Assembly: GCA_004431415.1 (NCBI GenBank)
Contig: QPMI01000403.1
Coordinates: 1 to 37,519, forward strand
Direction of reading: 5' to 3'
Origin: Cyanophora paradoxa CCMP329
Taxonomy: Eukaryota; Plantae; Glaucophyta
DNA length: 37,519 nt
The translations under genes and the position numbers were made by a program. Positions 20,277-28,999 of this stretch are shown here, piece by piece; the stretch's first letter is position 1; each line of letters begins with the position of its first letter. The notes beneath the pieces were generated by a model, which worked only from the letters and a program-made list of their open reading frames with translations, had not been told where the DNA came from and searched no databases.

Positions 20277-22871
20277 ATGAACAAAATCGAGAAATTCGCC
20301 ACCCCTGTTGAAAATGCTACATTCCTTAGTACTCTCATTGGTGATCGCAACAAGGTCACCCATGTATTTGATTCTGCCGAAGATGCCCTTGAAGCCATTG
20401 ATAATAGCAAGGTTAAGACCTGGGCTGAATGCATTCAACCTGAGCAAGTGACCAGAGTTTACCTGGACCTGGATAAATTCGCTGATTTGAAGGAGAACAT
20501 TGCTGATAACTATGCTGAGGCGGAAACTGTTGTAAGAGAGATGAGAGATAAGCTATGGAAGCGATCTGGTACCACTTCTATTAACGATATTGCTGTTGCA
20601 GTTCGCCATAGAAGGGTTTATTTGATTAAGGAGGATGTCACCAAGTTCAAGATTTCAGCCCACTTTATTATTAAATCGCTTGCATGCAAACATGAAGATA
20701 TCCCCAAGCTTTTCAAAGCGATGGGATTGGTGAAAAATGAGGATTATGACAGTGGAGTTTACAGCTCCACACAGAACCTAATCTGCCTCAATTGCTGCAA
20801 AGGTGAGACTCTGGATGCTCAAAATAAGTCGAAAAAAGATGTTGATAAAAACGTTTGCTTTAAGAAATTCGTTGACTGTGACAAAGTGTTAATGCGAAAT
20901 GAGGACTTCTTTGTATCTTACTTCTCAGCTACTACTAAACTTGTGGATGAATCGAATATTTCTGCATTCGCAAATTATAGCCCTGAGCCAAAACCAGTTA
21001 AAAAGGAGCCAAAAAGTGATAAAGTGAAGACTGAGAAGGTAGAAGCTGAAAAAGACACTGAACCCGAAAATCCTGTTACTTTCGAACTGCTACAAAGTGT
21101 TATAATGGGTCTGAATGGTGAGAGAGCTAATGAGTATAAAACTTGGATTGATGTAGGACTGGTCATCATCAATGTTGGGGAAGACAACAAGTTCACCCCT
21201 AAAATGCAAGCTGAACTCTTCCACCAATTCTCAGAACAGAGTGACAAGTATGATTATGATGAATGCCAGGAGAAGTTTACACAGCTTCGCAGAAGCAAGA
21301 AGAAGGCTGAGCCTGGCAAAGTGTTGACCTTCAAATCCTTGGTTTATTGGTTGAGCAAAGATAACAATGAGCTTTTCAAGGAACTCTTCCCCAAAAAGTA
21401 TGCATTCCTACCAGAGGACACAGATGAAATCGATTACAAGACTGCAAGTATCCCTCCTTTGGCTGAACATTACAATGTGCATAAGAGGTATTTCAATGCT
21501 CGAATGCATCATGTTGAAAATGTTGGTTGTGTGATGCTCTGGGATGAACAACTACTTTGCTGGATGCCCAAAGATATTGGGAAGCTCTCTACAAAGCATT
21601 TCCCCCACTTGATGCATAAGGTGATTGTGAATGAGGGGACAGATAATGAGAAAGAGAAATGGGAGCAATCATTTAGGAAATGGATTGTGGATCCAACAGC
21701 CACAAGATCAACTTACATGGATTTCCTTCCCCCTCCTGCTACTCTCAGTGCAAAATGCAAGTCTGTATTTAATCTCTATCCAGGAATGAAGGTCGACCAT
21801 CAGCAATTCGAAAATGCTCCAGAGGATGTAACTGCTGAGATGATTAAGCCTTTCCTAGATCACTTGTTCTTAATGTCTGGTGAGGATCAAAATACCTATG
21901 AATATCTGTTGAAATGGTTTGCCCACATGCTGCAAAAGCCTGGGGAACTCAATGGAGTATCCTTAATCTTCATTGGTGAGCAGGGAACTGGTAAAAATGT
22001 GTTGGTTGATACTTTCCAAAAGAAGATACTTGGAGATGCCCTAAGTTATGCAACTGGAAAGCCAAAAGAGGATCTGTTTGGTCGATTTGCCCACAATAGA
22101 GAGGATAAGATCTTGATTGTTGTGAATGAAGCCTCAGGCAAGGACACATTCGAAAATAATGATATGCTCAAAGATCTCATAACTTCTGATAAGATTGTAA
22201 TTGAACACAAAGGGATAGATTCATACACAAAAAGCAACTTTGCCAGGATTATATTCACCAGCAATAACAACATTCCAGTGAAAATTGAAGCTGGAGATAG
22301 GCGATTTGTGGTTGTTGAAGTTAGTAAGAAATTCGCAAAGGATAGGTCATACTTCCTTCCACTTGTAAAATGGCTAAATGATCACTGCAATATTCGAAAC
22401 ATTGCCCACTATTTGAGAACCAAAGTTGACTGTGAGGATGTGAACTGGATTGCTGATAGACCCCTTACAAATAAATACTATTTAGCCCAACAGGTGTGCG
22501 CTCCAATCATTCTTATGTTCACTAAGTGGCTTGTGGATCGAGGCTTAATTTCCGAGAATAAATGCAAGTCTGGTAGCCTTGTGGAAACCTGGAAGTGGTT
22601 CCAGGAGTTTATTACCAGCAATAAATATAAAAACGATTATAATAGTCGCCGATATTATACTGAAATGAGAAGTGTTACATATATCCAAGTGAAAACTACA
22701 AATGGCAAACAATACTATCATTTCCTATTCCCACAAGTATTTGAGGAATTCAGAAAGATGAAGCTTGTAGATGATGAGACTATTGAGGAAGAAGCTAATC
22801 CAAGGATGAAACAGGCCCTACCTGCTGCTGATCCTGATGCATCAGATTATGATTCTGATGTTGAAGTTTAG
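20277..22871 (+). CDS. Primase-helicase: AEP primase + PriCT-2 + SF3 (D5-like) helicase
   Basis: AEP motifs VYLDLD, SAHFII and DSGVY; PriCT-2 YKTWIDVG..FHQFSEQSDKYD; Walker A GEQGTGKN, Walker B VVNEA, motif C FTSNN, DRRF arginine finger. Confidence 0.92.
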   Translation: MNKIEKFATPVENATFLSTLIGDRNKVTHVFDSAEDALEAIDNSKVKTWAECIQPEQVTRVYLDLDKFADLKENIADNYAEAETVVREMRDKLWKRSGTTSINDIAVAVRHRRVYLIKEDVTKFKISAHFIIKSLACKHEDIPKLFKAMGLVKNEDYDSGVYSSTQNLICLNCCKGETLDAQNKSKKDVDKNVCFKKFVDCDKVLMRNEDFFVSYFSATTKLVDESNISAFANYSPEPKPVKKEPKSDKVKTEKVEAEKDTEPENPVTFELLQSVIMGLNGERANEYKTWIDVGLVIINVGEDNKFTPKMQAELFHQFSEQSDKYDYDECQEKFTQLRRSKKKAEPGKVLTFKSLVYWLSKDNNELFKELFPKKYAFLPEDTDEIDYKTASIPPLAEHYNVHKRYFNARMHHVENVGCVMLWDEQLLCWMPKDIGKLSTKHFPHLMHKVIVNEGTDNEKEKWEQSFRKWIVDPTATRSTYMDFLPPPATLSAKCKSVFNLYPGMKVDHQQFENAPEDVTAEMIKPFLDHLFLMSGEDQNTYEYLLKWFAHMLQKPGELNGVSLIFIGEQGTGKNVLVDTFQKKILGDALSYATGKPKEDLFGRFAHNREDKILIVVNEASGKDTFENNDMLKDLITSDKIVIEHKGIDSYTKSNFARIIFTSNNNIPVKIEAGDRRFVVVEVSKKFAKDRSYFLPLVKWLNDHCNIRNIAHYLRTKVDCEDVNWIADRPLTNKYYLAQQVCAPIILMFTKWLVDRGLISENKCKSGSLVETWKWFQEFITSNKYKNDYNSRRYYTEMRSVTYIQVKTTNGKQYYHFLFPQVFEEFRKMKLVDDETIEEEANPRMKQALPAADPDASDYDSDVEV

Positions 22872-23063
22872 GTTTACTCAAAAGTGGACTCATGGTTGAC
22901 TCAAATTTATCATAAAAGACCCAAACAGTCTTTTATTTACGGTTTATTTATCGATTAGGTTGACTAAGTGGGGGGAGTTGACTCATTTTTTCACAGATTC
23001 TAAAAAAGGACTCTGCCCTAAAAAGAAATAAAAAGTGCCTCAACTCCACCCACTAAGTCAACC
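22872..23063. promoter_or_regulatory. Internal copy of the TIR motif cassette (inverted GGTTGACTAAGTGGG...CCCACTAAGTCAACC pair plus GACTCA motifs); candidate origin or regulatory site
   Basis: 22958-22990 nearly matches 3292-3324; 23041-23063 resembles 3379-3401; AAGTGGACTCA.GGTTGACTCA at ~22882-22903 matches the right TIR at ~28425-28446. Confidence 0.7.
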
Positions 23064-23114
23064 AAAAAATGATTTAAGAGATAGAAAAATATATTTATAT
23101 GTAAGTAGTAAGAA

Positions 23115-23465
23115 ATGGCTGGAACAGATCATGATTCTGGATCGATCTATATGATTGAGAGTGAAGAATTGAATAAAGTTTATATAGGGAGAACCTCACA
23201 GCCACTACAAAAAAGATGGAGACAACACAAATCAGGTCAAATGCCATCAACAGCAGACCTATGCAAGGCTTCGGATGTGAGGTTTTCAGTCCTTTATTCA
23301 ACTAAGAAGGGTGGGCATGAAGACCTTATGAACAGAGAAGCATATTACATGTATCTCTTTGAACCTTGGATAGTCAATCTACAAAAACCGAAATCTCGAT
23401 TTAGGATTAATAGGTTTTTGCGATTTCATTCAGAGGAAGCCAATGGATCCATTAAAACATTTTAA
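23115..23465 (+). CDS. GIY-YIG endonuclease
   Basis: SIYMIE...VYIGRT...LQKRWRQH...REAYY...VN pattern. Confidence 0.88.
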   Translation: MAGTDHDSGSIYMIESEELNKVYIGRTSQPLQKRWRQHKSGQMPSTADLCKASDVRFSVLYSTKKGGHEDLMNREAYYMYLFEPWIVNLQKPKSRFRINRFLRFHSEEANGSIKTF

Positions 23466-23525
23466 ATTGCGTTTAGAACATCCTAAAATAAAATATCCCC
23501 TTAGAATAGGAACAAGTTAGGAATA

Positions 23526-26500
23526 ATGCCCCGAATTACCAACAAACTCATAAGGGAGAAGAAATGGGAACTCATGGGATTGCTGGGAACACTATATGCA
23601 GCCCATGAAATAACAGAGGATGAATATGACCGGGAAATAGATTTAATTGCAAGGGGCAGACCCACTTTAAGCAGATTAACCAGAAAAGCAAATAACCTAT
23701 ATGATAAAATTGAAACCTTGGATGAACTGGATAGGCTTAGGCAAATAGAACCAGAGGCAGAAGATGGAACAGCCATGAATGAATTATATCGCTGGCTCAC
23801 ATACAGAGCCAGAAGGGAAGTTGTTGTAGATGTGATTGAATTCCTGGATAGAATTGCTACATCCCTTCCAAATCGATTAAAGCAGGGTTTAGATCAATTC
23901 AGGGCAATCAAGGTTCGCTTGTCTTTTATCTGCAAGTTCGTTAAAGTGAGCAATCCACAGGTTTGGATATCGAAATACATTTACAGTGATTACTTTGTAT
24001 TAACCAGGTCGAGAAATATTCGAACTGAGCTGAATAAAGCAGCCCAAATGTGTCAGGAGCAGATGAATGTGGTTGATAGCTATCGCTTAGAAAGAATTGA
24101 AATACTCAGAGTGGCTATTATGAGTTATGCTCCAACTGGTGGATGCTTTCTACAAACCCCAGAGTGGATTGCTAGGAAGAGAGCCACAGTGAATATTCGA
24201 AATATAGATGATTCCTGCTTCGAAAATGCGATTTTAGCCTCGATTTACAGAAAATCTATTAACTCCAATAAGAGGAATGAGCTTTCACAATATCGCAAAT
24301 GGAAATACTCAGCAATCGCTTATAATCCGCTGGCTCTCAATTTCGACAATATCCCATTCCCTGTTGCCTGTGATGCTGAAATAATTGATAAATTCGAGGC
24401 TCAAAATGCAGGCATTAGCATTAATATATTCGGAATCGATGGAGAGGTTGTTTATCCCTGCATCAATCCAGTAACCCAGGCAGAAAGCATAAGGTTAATC
24501 TCATGCTGATATTTGATGATGAAGGGAATGGTCACTATATTACAATCATGTCCCTTTCAAGGCTATTGAAAGTAAACCATGAAACATACAATGATCAGAA
24601 GTTACACTACTGTGATACATGCTTATCTCGATTCAGGTCTGAGGCTAAACTCACTGCTCATGTGGACTCAAACAGATGCATTGATTGGAGACTCTCAAAG
24701 GGAATCACCCCTAAACCTGAGACCACCATAGAGTTTGGACTGAAAAACCTCAGGAAAACTGTGTGGCTTCCTGTTGTGGTTTACTGCAAGATTGAACATA
24801 GAAGCATCCCCATTGATGCATCGAAATCCAAGAGGGAAGTCTCAGCAGTGAACCTTAGAGTAGTCACTGGGGAAGATGTTCAAGATTTTCGATTTGAGGG
24901 TCAGGATCCAATGGGAGGTCTCTTTGAATGCTTGGAGTCCAAAGCAAGAGAACTAATCGATTTCCTGTTTACCAATATTCCCATGAATGAACTCACAGAT
25001 GAGCAGAAAGCTGTATATAGGGCTACCAAACACTGTTACCTTTGCAGTGAGAGGTTCACCAAGGAGAACTTTAAATGCAGGGATCATGATCATCACACAG
25101 GTAATTATATTGCTCCTGCATGCAGAAACTGCAATCTCCATAGGAGAATCTCAAAGCAAACCAAAGTTGCAGTTGTTGTTGACCAAATGGATGACTGTGG
25201 GACATTCATTTTCAGAAAAATAGCAGGTATGGGTGATAAAAAGCGAATCGAAATCCTTTCGAAAAACTTTGATCAATACCTTTCATTGCAATGGGGTCTT
25301 TACAAGTTCATTGATGCAAGCAATTTTATGGACTTTGGAGCTGCTGATGTAGATGAGTTAATGAACAAATTCCAAGCCTTCAGAAGGCTTTCACACTCAG
25401 TATATGGACTTGACCCAGTTCATTATGTATCTGCACCTGGGTTATCTTGGGATGCTATGCTTAGGACCACCGAGGCAAAAATAGAGCTTATAAGTGATGT
25501 AGAGCAATACGAATTTGTTGAGAGGGGAATCAGGGGTGGCTTTGCAACAATGCCTTGTAGGTATGCTGAGGCTGATGGTGAGAACTCCCACATTATGCTG
25601 TTTGATGCTAACAACTTGTATGGCTACTGTTTGAGTCAGCCAATTCCAGTTGGTGATTTTAGATGGGAGACCGAATTCAACCCACAAGATAACAGATCCA
25701 GTTTCCTGGAAGTTGATCTGGATTACCCAATTAGGCTGTTTCTAGATCACAGTGATTTCCCTCTAATTATTAACAAGAAAATAGTAGAATATGCCGAATT
25801 ATCACAATATCAAAAAAGCCTATTGGATCTCTCAGGAGAAGAGCTTGATAAAACCCCTAAGCTAACTGCAACCTTTGGTTCTGTGACCAACTATGTAGTT
25901 TCTGAGCCTCTTCTACAATACATGTTAGCTAAAGGTGTGAAACTAAAGAAGGTTCACAGGGTCCTATCATTTACTGTGGCTCCTGTAATGAAACCCTACA
26001 TTGAGCTGAATACTGATATGAGAAGGAAAGCAGTGAATAAATTCGAGGCTGATTTCTATAAGCTCATGAATAATTCAATCTATGGGAAATGCATTGAATC
26101 ATGTAGAGGTCGATCTGTGGTTAAGATTGCCAACACTGAGAAGCTATTTATGAAATATGCAGCTTCCCCATTGGTGAAATCAACAAGTCCCATAAGTGAA
26201 AGGGCAGTTGCCTTTGAGTTTTACACAAAGCATGTGAAGCTAGATAAGCCTGTTGCAATTGGGGCTTATGTTTTGGATGCAGCCAAACTGCATAACTACA
26301 AGTTCTTCTATGATACTGTAAGGTCCCAGTGGTCAAAAGCAAAGTTACTATTCCATGATACTGATTCCTTTTGTCTATATATTGAATCTAAAACCCTTCA
26401 AAAGGACCTAGAGAATATATCCTTTAATCTGGACTTAGGAGGACCTAACAGAATGACCCCAGGTAAATACAAAAATGAGATGCCAGGTTCTGCTATATTG

Positions 26501-26770
26501 GAGTATGTAGGTCTGAGAGCCAAAGTTTACTGTTTCAGAACAGCTGAGATTGAGAGAAGTAAGCTATCTGGGACTTCCACTGAGGAACTCCAATTCAATG
26601 ATTTTAAGCAGTGTTTATTTGCAGGTATCAGCAAGACTGTGACTGCAAAGCAGAAAAGAAGGGCAGATCACACAATAATAGACACTGTGAGTAGAAGGGT
26701 TGCCCTAAACTGCTTTGATGCAAAGAGATACATCTTACCAGATGGTATTAATTCTGTTCCTTTTAATTAA
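23526..26770 (+). CDS. polB: Polinton-type (protein-primed family) DNA polymerase B polyprotein (~1081 aa; one frameshift at ~24456-24458)
   Basis: Adding one C joins 23526-24509 and 24503-26770 (VYPLHQS..HKVNLML..GHYITIMSLSRL); VNIRNIDDSCF (vOTU-like), CxxC..RDHDHHTG..CRNCNL (endonuclease VII-like), motif A DANNLYG, motif B KLMNNSIYGK, motif C DTDS, GLRAKVY. Confidence 0.93.
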
Positions 26771-26773
26771 GAG

Positions 26774-28159
26774 ATGCCAGCAACTGGAAGAATAGTTAGG
26801 AGAACCACTGAGCAACTGCAAGGAAACCTACTGCCTATCACAGTTCCCAAGGAGGAAAAAGGGGAATCTCGAATTGTTAAAAAGTCTGAGATGAAAGAGC
26901 TTGTCCCAGTAGAGATCCCAGTTGCTATTGCAGTGAAAGAAACTAGCAAGATTGCCAAGAGATTCTATGATGTGAGAACAGGTTACAAAGGGCTTCAAGC
27001 TATGAGGGCTGAGTTACCAGATGAATCCTATAAGCAGTTGCAAGAGTTCTATAAAAAGCAGGAAGTTGTTCAGATCAATGCACCTGCTATATCTAGGAAG
27101 AGAGATCCCATGGTTCCAATAAGGCAACCCCTTGATACCTATGTGATTGATTTGCTCTTTTTCCCAGCTTATAAGAAACAAAACAATGGCTATGATACAT
27201 TTATGACTGCAATGGAATCAACACTGAGAACTGGATATATCATACCTATAAGGGATAAATCAGCTCTCACTACATTAGCTGCATTTAAACAGCTTGAGAT
27301 GAGAGTAGCAAGACCCATAGTAAAAGTTCAATCAGATGCTGGGAGTGAATTCCAAAATCGAATATTCCAGGAGTATTTATCTAGTAAATACATAGAACAC
27401 CAAGTGAGTGGAACTGCAGACCATAGGAGCCAAGGTCGAATTGAAGCCTTTAACAAGCAGATTAAGAGACTGATCACAAACTACTGCATAGCTAATAACA
27501 CAGCTAGATTCTTTGATGTGTTGGGTGATATTGAATATAATTACAATAACACAGTTCACTCAGCTACTAAGATGAAGCCAGGTGAAACTACAGAGGAGCA
27601 TTATAGGTATATAGTGGGATTAGAAGATGAAAGATTCAAGAAATCAATAGCTTATCTTGATACCATGCAGCCTGGCATGTTTGTTAGAGTGAAAGTAGAG
27701 AAGAACCCCTTTGCTAAACAGGGTAACAATTGGTCTAGGATGGTTTACACTGTTGATAGTAGAGAAGGCTTTAAGTTTAAGCTAAGGAGTCCCACTGGAG
27801 AGATCATAGATAACAGATTTGCATTCCATGAGCTGTTGCCTGTGAATGCAGTTGAGTATCTGGAAACACCCACAGTGGATGCCTTAGAGCAAGCTAAAGA
27901 GGAAGCTAGGGTTGATGCTTCTATAAGGAGAGAGGGCATAGAAGCTGCTAATGAAGTCCCAGATAAGCCTTTGATAGAGGCTAGAAAGGAGAAGGCTGGC
28001 AAAGTTAACAGGGAACTCAAAAAGCTCACTATAGCAGGCACACAGAAACTTTCAGAAGTGAATAGCCAGAGATGGTATAATGACTTTCAGACTACTAAGG
28101 AGTCATATACAGCCCCTAAACCTCAAAGAACACTAAGAGAAAGGACCAAAACTAGCTAG
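26774..28159 (+). CDS. int: Retroviral-like (RVE) DDE integrase
   Basis: VIDLL (D), QSDAGSEF (D), QGRIEAFNKQIK (E), YNNTVHSATKMKP, SH3-like PGMFVRV...NWS; consistent with the 6-bp TSD. Confidence 0.93.
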   Translation: MPATGRIVRRTTEQLQGNLLPITVPKEEKGESRIVKKSEMKELVPVEIPVAIAVKETSKIAKRFYDVRTGYKGLQAMRAELPDESYKQLQEFYKKQEVVQINAPAISRKRDPMVPIRQPLDTYVIDLLFFPAYKKQNNGYDTFMTAMESTLRTGYIIPIRDKSALTTLAAFKQLEMRVARPIVKVQSDAGSEFQNRIFQEYLSSKYIEHQVSGTADHRSQGRIEAFNKQIKRLITNYCIANNTARFFDVLGDIEYNYNNTVHSATKMKPGETTEEHYRYIVGLEDERFKKSIAYLDTMQPGMFVRVKVEKNPFAKQGNNWSRMVYTVDSREGFKFKLRSPTGEIIDNRFAFHELLPVNAVEYLETPTVDALEQAKEEARVDASIRREGIEAANEVPDKPLIEARKEKAGKVNRELKKLTIAGTQKLSEVNSQRWYNDFQTTKESYTAPKPQRTLRERTKTS

Positions 28160-28387
28160 TTTCATAGCTGAAAACTCGTTTTTTCCAAATATATGTATGT
28201 GTGATATACATATATGCATATAATATACACATAGTCTTGTAGATCTTATCAAGCGCTTCACAGCGATATGCAGAACGTTGCGTTTTGATGATCTGGTGAT
28301 GAGATATAACCGTTTGAAGATGCGAAAGTCACTTGCCATAGTAGACTTGGTGAAACCATCAATCTAACACTGCATTTAGTAAGCATC

Positions 28388-28941
28388 TCCCCTTCATTCC
28401 CCCTATTATTTTATATTTATATTTAAGTGGACTCAAGGTTGACTCATATTAATCGTAAAAGTAGTAAAAGTATATGGAATTTGTTACGAATTTAATGCAA
28501 GGGTTGACTAAGTGGGTTGAGTTGACTCAAATTTCACAGGAAATATTTGGGACCTGAAGGTTTATAAAAAGTGAGTCAACTTAGACCACTTATGGTAACA
28601 AAGTTAAATATTTAATTGATTTAATCGGAAAAGAACATGATTTAATCGAATTTATTGATATAATTCCGATTAAATTCATTTAGGATTCAATTAAGATCAA
28701 TCGAAGTTATTGATATAATTCCGATTAACTACAATTAAGATACAATATCGATTAATCGAGTTTATCGATATAACATCGATTAAATAAATTGAAAATGCAT
28801 ATAAAAATATGAAAATTCATATGAAAATTCAAATAAATTAATCGATTTTATTGATATAACATCGAATCACACATATGAATATTCATATTTTAATCCTGAG
28901 GCGGAACGCCGAGGGATTAAAATATGAATATTCATATGTGT
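28388..28941 (-). repeat. Right terminal inverted repeat (~555 bp)
   Basis: Reverse complement of the left TIR, lacking an internal ~280-bp segment. Confidence 0.92.
28869..28941. other. Right terminal hairpin palindrome
   Basis: Exact reverse complement of 2693-2765. Confidence 0.92.
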
Positions 28942-28947
28942 TCAGCG
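28942..28947 (+). repeat. Right target-site duplication TCAGCG
   Basis: Identical to 2687-2692 and directly abuts the element end ...CATATGTGT. Confidence 0.9.
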
Positions 28948-28999
28948 ACACGAAAAGTGGGGGTTTTTAGAGTCCTGATCGCGGAGGGTGTGTGCGTAC

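Larger units (their letters stand above)
2693..28941. mobile_element. Endogenous Polinton/Maverick-like DNA virus (Polinton-like virus), apparently complete, ~26.2 kb
   Basis: Sharp GC-rich to AT-rich transition at both ends; long TIRs (5'-ACACATATG...CATATGTGT-3'); 6-bp TSD; intronless, densely packed genes for PolB, RVE integrase, A32 ATPase, DJR major capsid, pentons and primase-helicase. Confidence 0.95.

Noticed and set aside
24456-24509. Programmed ribosomal frameshift between the polB halves
   Set aside because: No canonical slippery heptamer, and the same one-base loss pattern recurs in many unrelated genes
28160-28387. Possible small ORF between integrase and right TIR
   Set aside because: No convincing start or motif; the listed minus-strand 68-aa ORF looks spurious
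2693-28941. Bacterial prophage or contaminant, suggested by phage-like fibre repeats and speD
   Set aside because: DJR capsid, A32 ATPase, RVE integrase and Polinton PolB, plus clean TSD junctions within a spliceosomal intron, indicate a eukaryotic endogenous virus
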